Positions 56,174-64,000 of a stretch of 64,000 nucleotides of DNA are shown piece by piece (position 1 is the first letter of the stretch; each line of letters opens with the position of its first letter). The DNA is from a virus. The DNA lies in the IMG/VR virus record IMGVR_UViG_3300020442_002030, positions 847-64,846 of that record. The stretch is one strand, 5' to 3'. Both the position numbers and the translations under genes were made by a program. Below the pieces are notes generated by a model. It saw nothing but the letters and a program-made list of their open reading frames with translations. It made no database searches and was not told the origin of the DNA.

Positions 56174-57753
56174 TGGCTAGTTTAAAAGATATAATTAAGA
56201 TTGAATATCAGAAGTGTGCGAAAGACCCGATACACTTTATGAAGAAGTATTGTTATATCCAACATCCTGTTAGGGGAAAGATACCTTTTCACTTATTTCA
56301 ATTCCAAGAAAGAACTCTTACACAATTTGATGAGAATAGATATAATATAGTTCTCAAATCAAGACAAACTGGTATATCAACTTTGGTAGCTGGGTTTTCT
56401 TTATGGAAAATGTTGTTCAATTCAGATTTTAATGTATTAGTAATCGCAACTAAACAAGAGGTAGCTAAGAACTTAGTTACAAAGGTAAGATATATGAATG
56501 ATAACTTACCATCTTGGTTAAAACAAACTGCTATAGAAGATAACAAACTATCTTTGAGATACTCAAATGGTTCTCAGATAAAAGCAACATCAGCAGCTGG
56601 TGATGCTGGACGTTCTGAAGCACTATCCTTATTAGTATTTGATGAGGCAGCGTTCATTGATAAGATTGAAGATATATGGGTATCAGCACAATCTACCTTA
56701 TCTACTGGTGGTAGTGCAGTTATCCTTTCAACACCAAATGGTGTAGGTAATTTCTTTCATAAGACATGGGTAGGAGCTGAAGAAGAGGAAAATGGATTCA
56801 ATACAATTAGATTACATTGGAGTGTACACCCTGAAAGAGACCAAAGTTGGAGAGATGAGCAAGAAAAACTATTAGGACCAAAAGGAGCAGCACAAGAATG
56901 TGATTGTGATTTTGTTTCTTCTGGTGATACTGTGATTGACCCTCAACTTCTTATGTTCTACAAAGAAACACATATACAAGAACCAATTGAAAAGACTGGA
57001 TTCGATGGAAACCTTTGGAAGTGGGAATATCCTGATTACAACAAAAGTTATATGGTTGTAGCGGATGTAGCTAGGGGAGATTCAACAGATTACTCTGCTT
57101 GTCACGTCTTTGATGTTGAACAAGCTTCACAAGTAGCTGAGTATAAAGGTAAATTAGATACAAAAGACTTTGGAAACTTCTTAGTTGCATTAGCAACTGA
57201 GTATAACAACGCATTATTAGTAGTTGAAAACGCAAATATAGGTTGGGCAGTAATCCAACAAGTAATTGATAGAGGATATCCTAACTTATTTTATATGAGT
57301 AAGGATTTAAAATATGTAGATGTAGAAAATCAGATGACAAACAAATATCGAAGAGAAGAAAGAGGTATGATAGCTGGTTTTAGTACTACATCTAAGACAA
57401 GACCTCTGATTATATCTAAATTAGATGATTATTTCAGAGAAAAATCTTGTATGGTTCGTTCATCACGACTTATAGATGAATTATTTACATTTATATGGAG
57501 TGGAAATAGAGCTGAGGCAATGAAAGGTTATAATGATGATTTAACTATGTCATTCGCAATCGGATTGTGGGTTAGAGATACCGCTTTGAGATTAAGACAG
57601 GAAGGTATTGATTTAACAAAACAAGCTTTGGGTAGTATTGGACAACAAACACATGGACAAGGTGTCTATGGTGGTGGTAGTTCATTAGATAGAAACCCTT
57701 GGACACAGAAGGTTGGTGATACCGATGAGGATTTGACTTGGTTAATTAGGTAA
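56173..57753 (+). CDS. terL: Terminase large subunit (T4 gp17-like)
   Basis: KSRQTGIST Walker A; LLVFDEAAF Walker B; LSTPNG; ADVARG and DDLTMS nuclease motifs; GTG start. Confidence 0.95.
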   Translation: MASLKDIIKIEYQKCAKDPIHFMKKYCYIQHPVRGKIPFHLFQFQERTLTQFDENRYNIVLKSRQTGISTLVAGFSLWKMLFNSDFNVLVIATKQEVAKNLVTKVRYMNDNLPSWLKQTAIEDNKLSLRYSNGSQIKATSAAGDAGRSEALSLLVFDEAAFIDKIEDIWVSAQSTLSTGGSAVILSTPNGVGNFFHKTWVGAEEEENGFNTIRLHWSVHPERDQSWRDEQEKLLGPKGAAQECDCDFVSSGDTVIDPQLLMFYKETHIQEPIEKTGFDGNLWKWEYPDYNKSYMVVADVARGDSTDYSACHVFDVEQASQVAEYKGKLDTKDFGNFLVALATEYNNALLVVENANIGWAVIQQVIDRGYPNLFYMSKDLKYVDVENQMTNKYRREERGMIAGFSTTSKTRPLIISKLDDYFREKSCMVRSSRLIDELFTFIWSGNRAEAMKGYNDDLTMSFAIGLWVRDTALRLRQEGIDLTKQALGSIGQQTHGQGVYGGGSSLDRNPWTQKVGDTDEDLTWLIR

Positions 57754-57767
57754 TAATAAAAAATTAT

Positions 57768-57776
57768 ATATTTATA
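57768..57776 (+). promoter_or_regulatory. ATATTTATA putative late promoter
   Basis: Exact motif followed by AAGGAG and ATG 57793. Confidence 0.65.
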
Positions 57777-57792
57777 GTGTAAGGAGTTAATT

Positions 57793-58209
57793 ATGGATGA
57801 TATTACAAAAGCATTATATAGTAATCACTTAAACATTATCAGAAATGAAGCCGAAGAGGTTGAAGAGTATGATGTAGTGAACGAACAAGACATTAAAGAA
57901 CTTATTGAATATTTAAAACATTACAAACCTGATGTAAATGAAGCAGAATATCAAGGTAGAAAAGTAAAATTGGGTAAACCAATGAGAGGTGATGTTAAAA
58001 AATTCAAAGTTTACGTTAAAAACCCAAAAGGAAACGTAGTAAAAGTGAATTTCGGACATGGTGGTTCATCCGCAAAGAAAGCAGGTCAAAAAACTATGCA
58101 AATCCAAAAGGATATACCATCAAGAAGAAAAGCATTCAGAGCAAGACACAACTGTGATAATCCTGGCCCAAGACATAAGGCTAGATATTGGAGTTGTAGA
58201 GCTTGGTAA
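57793..58209 (+). CDS. Head-region small protein
   Basis: EAEYQGRKVKL..VNFG..RRKAFRARHNC..ARYWSCRAW; located between terminase and portal. Confidence 0.7.
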   Translation: MDDITKALYSNHLNIIRNEAEEVEEYDVVNEQDIKELIEYLKHYKPDVNEAEYQGRKVKLGKPMRGDVKKFKVYVKNPKGNVVKVNFGHGGSSAKKAGQKTMQIQKDIPSRRKAFRARHNCDNPGPRHKARYWSCRAW

Positions 58210-58238
58210 TAAAGGTTATATAATTAAAGCAAACACAA

Positions 58239-59969
58239 ATGGCAGATACTTCATTTTTCGGTAGATTAAGAAAACTATTCGCTACACAAGCAGTCGTTAG
58301 AGTCGATGCTAAAGGTAGAAGAAAAGTTTCTGATGTCGATATGAGACAAAAAACAAACTTATCTCATCTAAGAGACCGATACACAAAATTACAAAAAGGA
58401 TTTTACGAATCAGCAGGTGCAGCCCAATCAATGGCATACCAACAAGTTCGTAGAGAATTATTCAGAGATTATGATGCGATGGATAATGACCCTATTTTGG
58501 CATCAGCATTAGATATATACGCTGATGAATCAACACTAAAGAACGAATATGGTGATATTCTTACAGTTCGTTCATCGAATGAGCAAGTACAACAGATTCT
58601 AAACAACTTATTCTATGATGTACTAAATATTGAGTTCAATCTTTGGCCTTGGGTAAGAAATATGTGTAAGTATGGAGATTTCTTCCTTTCATTGGAGATG
58701 GCTGAGGGTAAAGGTATTGTAAACGTAACTCCTTTATCTGTTTATAATACAGAAAGATTAGAAAATACAGACCCTAACAATCCAAACTTTGTAAAATTCC
58801 ACGTAGAAGATGATGCATTAGGTAAAGTGGATTACGATAACTTCGAAATAGCACACTTTAGATTGTTAGCAGATACAAACTTCCTACCATATGGTAAAGC
58901 TATGATTGAAAATGGTAGAAGATTATGGAAACAATTATCTTTGATGGAAGATGCTATGTTGATTCATAGAATTATGAGAGCACCTGAAAAGAGAGTGTTC
59001 AAAATTGATATAGGTAACATCCCACCAAACGAAGTGGATAACTATATGCAAAGAATCATCAACAAAATGAAGAAGATTCCATTTGTTGACCAAAATACAG
59101 GTGATTACAACCTAAAATACAATATACAAAACCTTACAGAAGATTTTTACTTACCAGTTAGAGGTGGTGATAGTGGTACTAACATCGAAAACCTATCAGG
59201 TTTAGAGTTTAGTAACATTGAAGATATCGATTATCTTAAAAACAAACTATTCGCAGCTCTTAAAATACCAAAAGCTTATTTAGGATACGAAGAGCAGGTT
59301 AATGGTAAGGCAACATTAGCAGCTGAAGATGTTAGATTCGCAAGAACAATTGAAAGAATCCAAAGAATTGTAATTTCTGAGTTAACAAAGATTGCAATCG
59401 TTCACTTATACTCACAAGGTATTACAGATGCAGAGTTGACTAACTTTGAATTAGGATTGGTTAACCCATCAATGATATATGAGCAAGAAAAAGTAAATCT
59501 TTGGAGTGAAAAGATTAGATTAGCACAAGATATTCAAGGGTTGAATATGTTATCTAAGGAATGGGTATATGATAATATCTTTAAATTGAGTAGAGGTGAA
59601 TCTGATAAACAAAGAGAAACGATGATTGAAGATTTAAAAGATAGATACAGATTCCGTTCAATCGAAGATGAGGGTAATGACCCAGCTAAAGAAGATGAGG
59701 AAGCTATGGATGTTGAAGAATCTTTGGAAAATCTTAAAAATGAGTTAAAAGATAAAGGTGGTAGACCGAGAGAAGGTAATACTTATAAGAAAGACAAACA
59801 TCCTTATGGTAGAGACCCTCTTGGGGACAAAGAACGCAAATCTGCGTTGAAGAAGGAAACCAGGTTATCATCTGATAAAATTAAGAGTATAGTTAATGGT
59901 GTTTCATCAAAACGAAAGTTTCTCAAAGAGACAGATATGTTGGATGAAAATAACATTATAGATGAATAA
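58239..59969 (+). CDS. Portal protein (T4 gp20-like)
   Basis: ASALDIYADE; LMEDAMLIHRIMRAPEKRVFKIDIGNIP; EDFYLPVRG; AAEDVRFARTIERIQ. Confidence 0.95.
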   Translation: MADTSFFGRLRKLFATQAVVRVDAKGRRKVSDVDMRQKTNLSHLRDRYTKLQKGFYESAGAAQSMAYQQVRRELFRDYDAMDNDPILASALDIYADESTLKNEYGDILTVRSSNEQVQQILNNLFYDVLNIEFNLWPWVRNMCKYGDFFLSLEMAEGKGIVNVTPLSVYNTERLENTDPNNPNFVKFHVEDDALGKVDYDNFEIAHFRLLADTNFLPYGKAMIENGRRLWKQLSLMEDAMLIHRIMRAPEKRVFKIDIGNIPPNEVDNYMQRIINKMKKIPFVDQNTGDYNLKYNIQNLTEDFYLPVRGGDSGTNIENLSGLEFSNIEDIDYLKNKLFAALKIPKAYLGYEEQVNGKATLAAEDVRFARTIERIQRIVISELTKIAIVHLYSQGITDAELTNFELGLVNPSMIYEQEKVNLWSEKIRLAQDIQGLNMLSKEWVYDNIFKLSRGESDKQRETMIEDLKDRYRFRSIEDEGNDPAKEDEEAMDVEESLENLKNELKDKGGRPREGNTYKKDKHPYGRDPLGDKERKSALKKETRLSSDKIKSIVNGVSSKRKFLKETDMLDENNIIDE

Positions 59970-59991
59970 ATTCTCTTTAATAAATATTTTT

Positions 59992-60000
59992 ATATTTATA
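59992..60000 (+). promoter_or_regulatory. ATATTTATA putative late promoter
   Basis: Exact motif in the gap before ATG 60037. Confidence 0.6.
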
Positions 60001-60036
60001 ATAGAGATTTAGTATTCTATCAAATTAGGAAGTAAA

Positions 60037-60912
60037 ATGAAAAAAATTAAACATAGTAAGTTTAAGAATACCGGAATTCTGTTTGAACTATTGGTCAGAC
60101 AGATAACTTTTGAAGTCTTAAACGGAGATAATAACGAAAACGCACAAAAAATTCTCAAAGAATTTTATAACAATAGGACAGAATTAGGAAAAGAACTAAG
60201 ATTATATCAAATGCTTTCTGAAGAAAAGTATAAATCAGAGAGTAGAGCAGAAAAATTTATTGATACTATCTTAGAAGCTAGAAAAAGAATTGATGCAAAA
60301 AAGTTAACTAAAGAAAAATACAATTTAGTTAAAAAAATTCAAGAATCTTTTGATATTAATCAATTTTTATCATCACCAATTACAAACTATAAGGTGATGG
60401 CTTCCATTTATAAAATATTTGAATCTCAAAACAAAGAAAATTACGATATAAAAGATGTATTTAATTCAAAGTACACTATCGTAGAAAACTTAATAGGTGG
60501 TGAATTAGAAAATAAAGCACAACTTGTTGAGGATAAAACAATTTCAGAGTTTAAAACTCAGAATAAAGAAGAAAGATTCTTAACATATAAAGTATTGTTA
60601 GAAACTTTCAATAAAAAACATCAAAAATTAAATGAATCTCAAAAAGCATTGTTAAAAAACTATATTAACAATGTAAGTAATACTTCCAAATTTACAGAAT
60701 ACTATACTCAACAACTCAAAGAAGTCATTACTCAGTTGGTAAAACAACATAAAGAGGTTAAAGATAAGGTTACGAAAATAAAGTTAAAAGAAACTATCAA
60801 TGTTTTGAAAAAAACAAAAATTGGTAGGGTAGTTTCAGACAATCAGGTTTCTGCTATGATGATAGCATATGAATTGATTAGTGAAATAAAAAATGTTAGA
60901 AACAAAGCTTAA
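60037..60912 (+). CDS. Helical hypothetical protein of the head module
   Basis: 291-aa ORF after the portal, beginning MKKIKHSKFKNTGILFELLVRQIT. Confidence 0.65.
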   Translation: MKKIKHSKFKNTGILFELLVRQITFEVLNGDNNENAQKILKEFYNNRTELGKELRLYQMLSEEKYKSESRAEKFIDTILEARKRIDAKKLTKEKYNLVKKIQESFDINQFLSSPITNYKVMASIYKIFESQNKENYDIKDVFNSKYTIVENLIGGELENKAQLVEDKTISEFKTQNKEERFLTYKVLLETFNKKHQKLNESQKALLKNYINNVSNTSKFTEYYTQQLKEVITQLVKQHKEVKDKVTKIKLKETINVLKKTKIGRVVSDNQVSAMMIAYELISEIKNVRNKA

Positions 60913-61351
60913 AGAATATATTCGTAATCTTGTTCAGGAAATGGAAGAAGAGTTGGAAGAGGTAACTACAACAGCCAATATTGATGGCTTCGATACTCCC
61001 TACGCTTTTACTGGTAAGAAAAAGAAGAACAAAGAAAAGAGAAAAAGAATAGCTCAACAAATGGGATATAGGATTGTAGGCGAAGGTAAGAAGATAAAAA
61101 GACCTGTAAATAGATGGTTAGAGTTGAAGAATGATGAAACGAAAACTCCAAATCATAAATTAGCTTTAGGATTAAAAGAATTAAAATATCAATTAGCTGA
61201 AGTTGAGATGTTCTTTAGATGGTACAATAAGATTCGTTCTATGAATGAGTTAAACAAAGATAAGTATTGGAAAAGAACAAATACTCATATTTATAAGATA
61301 AAGGAAAGGTTAATTAATATTGTTAATAGTATAAAGGAGTTAGACCAATGA
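60893..61351 (+). CDS. Hypothetical head-region protein
   Basis: 152 aa; leader KLKEYIRNLVQE, then EVTTTANIDGFDTPYAF. Confidence 0.6.
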   Translation: MLETKLKEYIRNLVQEMEEELEEVTTTANIDGFDTPYAFTGKKKKNKEKRKRIAQQMGYRIVGEGKKIKRPVNRWLELKNDETKTPNHKLALGLKELKYQLAEVEMFFRWYNKIRSMNELNKDKYWKRTNTHIYKIKERLINIVNSIKELDQ

Positions 61352-61542
61352 AAATATCAAAGGAAAGATTAAAAGAAATCATAAAAGATGTATTGAGAGA
61401 AGAAACAGAATATCAGAAGTTCTTTGCTAAGGCATTGAAAAAATCTGGTAAGTCTATTCCTCAAATGTCTGATGAAGAAAAGAAAGCATTTTTTAACAAA
61501 ATCGATTCTGCTTGGAAGGGCAAAGGCGAAAAAAAAGGTTAA
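61348..61542 (+). CDS. Small head-region protein
   Basis: 64 aa, SD-like AAGGAG, leader RLKEIIKDVLREE. Confidence 0.65.
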   Translation: MKISKERLKEIIKDVLREETEYQKFFAKALKKSGKSIPQMSDEEKKAFFNKIDSAWKGKGEKKG

Positions 61543-61545
61543 AAA

Positions 61546-61731
61546 ATGAAAGTAGAAAGGTTGAAACAAATCGTTAAAGAAGAAATACTAATCCATAAGT
61601 ATGGTGGTGTTTCTATTATTAATGAAGAGGTAACTAACGAAGATGAAGATAAGATTCGTAAGATTATCAGACAAGAGGTTTCAGCAATATTTTTTGAATT
61701 ATTTAAAAAACGTAGAAGTTGGGGAGCATAA
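61546..61731 (+). CDS. Small head-region protein
   Basis: 61 aa, leader RLKQIVKEE and internal KIRKIIRQE. Confidence 0.6.
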   Translation: MKVERLKQIVKEEILIHKYGGVSIINEEVTNEDEDKIRKIIRQEVSAIFFELFKKRRSWGA

Positions 61732-62315
61732 TGAAAAATTTACTTATAGAAACACAATTATTCGAAGGTAAAATAAACGAAGATTCATCAGGTAGAACTA
61801 TCGTAAAGGGAATCTTGCAGAGAGCTGAAGCGCCTAACCAAAACGAAAGAGTCTATCCTAAAGAAATTCTAATGAGAGAAGCTAAGAAGTATGAAACTCT
61901 CATTAAAGAAAGAAGAGCATTGGGTGAGTTAGACCATCCAGAATCTTCTGTAATAAATTTAAAGAACGTATCACACAACGTTAGAGAAATCCATTGGGAA
62001 GGAAATGATTTGATGGGAACTGTTGAAATCCTCCCAACACCATCTGGTAACATTCTTAAAGAATTGTTAAAAGCTGGTATTCTATTAGGTATCTCATCAA
62101 GAGGTATGGGTTCAGTAGAACCAAGAAATAATGGTGGTGTAACTGTTGGTGATGATTTCGAACTAATAGGTTGGGATTTTGTATCCAACCCGTCTACGCA
62201 TGGTGCATTTATGACTCCAATGAACGAATCAAAACAATATGTTACTGAGGAAGTTTGTGGAGATTATTGTAAAGCACACGATTTAATAAGAGAAATAATA
62301 ACGGAATTATCATGA
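61731..62315 (+). CDS. Prohead core protease (T4 gp21-like)
   Basis: NQNERVYP; ALGELDHP; VSH; GISSRGMGSV; DFVSNPST. ATG 61731 overlaps the upstream TAA. Confidence 0.92.
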   Translation: MKNLLIETQLFEGKINEDSSGRTIVKGILQRAEAPNQNERVYPKEILMREAKKYETLIKERRALGELDHPESSVINLKNVSHNVREIHWEGNDLMGTVEILPTPSGNILKELLKAGILLGISSRGMGSVEPRNNGGVTVGDDFELIGWDFVSNPSTHGAFMTPMNESKQYVTEEVCGDYCKAHDLIREIITELS

Positions 62316-63631
62316 TAAAATTAGGTGGATTAATAGATTTAAAACCAATTACTGAAGCAGATGTTTTCACTGCTACGAGTAAAGAAACTGGTACAACTTC
62401 TGTATTCAAATCAAAAGCAGCAAGAGATGCTGCAATCAAAGCAGGTACACACGAAAAAAGAAAAGATGATAAGGATGGTGCAGTAAAAGACCCAACCGAT
62501 AAACCGAAAGTAAACATATTCAATAAAGATAAGGCAGCGAAGGGAGGTGACTCTTCTGCCGGGCAAAAAGATAAAGATGAACCTAAATCATCTGCACCTA
62601 AATTAGATAAAGATGGTGATGGAGGAATGAGTTCGGATACAGCCATCTCAGTAAAAGATTACCTAAATAAAGAATTAGGATTAGATGGAAGTGTAGATTT
62701 AAATAGTGGTGGTGCAATTGAATATATGGTAGGTGATTCAAGAAACGCAATTACTATTGGTAATGATGAAATTGATGGAAAACCATTTTCAGTATCATTA
62801 AGTGATATAGATACTGGAGAAGATAATGATACTTATAAATCATTTGATAACCAAGAAGATGCTGTAGCATACGCTAAAGAGTTAGGACAAAAACTTAAAG
62901 GTGGAAAAGAAGAACCTAAAGATGATAGTGATAATCTTTCACAACCTAACTCAGTAAAAGGAACTGGTCAAGCAGACCCTAAAGTTAATAAAGCAGTTCG
63001 TAAAGCTGCACAGAAAGCTGGAATTACACCACAAAAGTTAGGTAAAGAAGAATATGAAAAGAAAATGGCTCAAGCCGCATATGAAGCATTAACTGATGCT
63101 AACTTCCATACTGAAGCAAGATGGTTAGTTGCTGATTTAGAAGGTAAACCTGAATTGAGAGAAAAGCCAAATTACCCATCGATAGATGATAAAGATTATG
63201 ATAAAAAGATAGATGCGATTAGAAGTAAGTACGCTTCTCAATATGCGGATAATGTGGATGATGATGCATATGAATTAGGAGTAAAATCATCTCAAGAATC
63301 TGGATGGGCTGGAGCTACAGCAATCGAAGGTCTGGTATATGATTTAAAAATGAATGGTTCTCATAAATTAGCAAATACAATATTAAAATCTTTTAAAGAT
63401 GCAAGTTCATCTCGTAACGAAGGAAGATTGAAGTTAGGAAATTTATTACCAGAAGGTAAACACAAAAAACTTGAAAGAGATTTAAAAAACTTAGCAGGTG
63501 TTGCAAAGATTGATTTTTCAGAAGCACTTGAATCTTTAGAAGAAGATGGTGTTCTTGAGGCAATGGACCATTTAGATAATCTTATGGATAGAATCAAAGA
63601 TGTTCACAAACAACTGAAGAGGAAAAGTTAA
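62312..63631 (+). CDS. Acidic multi-segment head-region protein
   Basis: 439 aa; leader MIKLGGLIDLKPITE; Asp/Lys-rich linkers; second leader-like segment RLKLGNLLPE. Confidence 0.65.
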   Translation: MIKLGGLIDLKPITEADVFTATSKETGTTSVFKSKAARDAAIKAGTHEKRKDDKDGAVKDPTDKPKVNIFNKDKAAKGGDSSAGQKDKDEPKSSAPKLDKDGDGGMSSDTAISVKDYLNKELGLDGSVDLNSGGAIEYMVGDSRNAITIGNDEIDGKPFSVSLSDIDTGEDNDTYKSFDNQEDAVAYAKELGQKLKGGKEEPKDDSDNLSQPNSVKGTGQADPKVNKAVRKAAQKAGITPQKLGKEEYEKKMAQAAYEALTDANFHTEARWLVADLEGKPELREKPNYPSIDDKDYDKKIDAIRSKYASQYADNVDDDAYELGVKSSQESGWAGATAIEGLVYDLKMNGSHKLANTILKSFKDASSSRNEGRLKLGNLLPEGKHKKLERDLKNLAGVAKIDFSEALESLEEDGVLEAMDHLDNLMDRIKDVHKQLKRKS

Positions 63632-63632
63632 G

Positions 63633-63848
63633 ATGATAAAGTTAAAAGATATTATTGAACAAAAGAAAGTATTGGAAGAGCTAGGACTTAACGAAGGACC
63701 TTCTACTGAAGAAAAAAGAATTGCTATGTTGGCTGTTAGAAAACAAGCCAAATATAGAACTGTAAGTTTAGAACAAGCAATACAAGACCAAATTAACGCT
63801 CTTATGGATTTACAAAGAGATATTAAGAGAGGTAAAAAGATTAAATAA
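63633..63848 (+). CDS. Small head-region protein
   Basis: 71 aa; leader MIKLKDIIE; GAGG upstream. Confidence 0.6.
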   Translation: MIKLKDIIEQKKVLEELGLNEGPSTEEKRIAMLAVRKQAKYRTVSLEQAIQDQINALMDLQRDIKRGKKIK

Positions 63849-63856
63849 GGAGAGAT

Positions 63857-64000
63857 ATGAAACTAACAGATATACTTAAAGAATCAGAAGATAGAGGATT
63901 ATCTAACGAAGTTAAAAAACACTTCTTAGAAATCGTTTCTACATACAACAAATATCAAGAATCAATGGATAGAAAATCTGATATCATTGAAGTTGCTGAA
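63857..64000 (+). CDS. Head-region protein, 3'-truncated by the window edge
   Basis: AAGGAG SD-like sequence; MKLTDILKESEDRGLSNEVKKHFLEIVSTY... open to base 64000. Confidence 0.7.
   Translation, partial: MKLTDILKESEDRGLSNEVKKHFLEIVSTYNKYQESMDRKSDIIEVAE

Noticed and set aside
56173-59969. Inteins or introns in terminase, portal, primase or Mre11-Rad50
   Set aside because: Lengths and motif spacing are normal, and no intein splice motifs were apparent.
1953-60000. Motif acting as a canonical minus-strand T4 late promoter
   Set aside because: No credible minus-strand genes lie downstream of any copy. Antisense transcription cannot be excluded without RNA data.
61287-61295. An 11th ATATTTATA copy inside the 60893 gene
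   Set aside because: It lies in coding sequence (H-I-Y-K) and chance copies are expected in an AT-rich genome. It could serve 61348 but is unsupported.
1320-63597. Minus-strand and off-frame ORFs in the track (e.g. 52311-52919, 35444-35935, 34586-34960, 62242-62646)
   Set aside because: All lie within motif-bearing + strand genes, lack recognisable motifs or start signals, and have the composition of antisense shadows.
1-64000. Stop-codon reassignment (seen in some large phages)
   Set aside because: Code 11 gives full-length conserved genes; TAG and TGA end genes at plausible positions (e.g. 56171, 33496, 49040) with coupled downstream starts.
1-64000. CRISPR array, tRNA or structured ncRNA
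   Set aside because: No intergenic gap exceeds ~90 nt, and I saw no regularly spaced repeats or cloverleaf/T-loop motifs.

Overview
The window is an AT-rich, densely coding segment of a large tailed dsDNA phage (contractile-tail myovirus with T4-like morphogenesis genes). Every credible gene is on the + strand, reads in the standard code and is often coupled by TAATG/ATGA/GTGA overlaps. Order: (i) baseplate and tail genes, <1-18.6 kb; (ii) a GIY-YIG nuclease, DNA primase and a single-chain Mre11-Rad50 (gp47-gp46) fusion interleaved with glycan-modifying genes, 18.6-29.2 kb; (iii) a chaperone-bearing tail fibre, 29.2-33.5 kb; (iv) an ~18 kb glycan synthesis locus, 33.5-51.4 kb, with GT2/GT4/GT7/GT10-like transferases, RmlC, three SDR epimerase/reductases, a split TPP-dependent enzyme, a cytidylyltransferase, a methyltransferase, SGNH-fold proteins and a radical SAM enzyme; (v) a 1109-aa multi-domain protein, terminase, portal, prohead protease and small head-region proteins, 51.4-64 kb. 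The best candidate for an undescribed system is a self-contained virion glycosylation pathway. The main glycan operon sits behind the same ATATTTATA motif as the structural genes, appears able to make a branched deoxy-sugar, and the tail/baseplate proteins are strongly enriched in [S/T]-G-S tripeptides that the enzymes lack. Other notable signals are GT7 domains split by a LamG insertion, a probable protease-processed head polyprotein with HIGH-nucleotidyltransferase and ligase-like domains, and strong GATC avoidance. I saw no tRNA, rRNA, CRISPR array, integrase or transposase. All family calls come from motif recognition by eye and all counts are manual; no searches were run.
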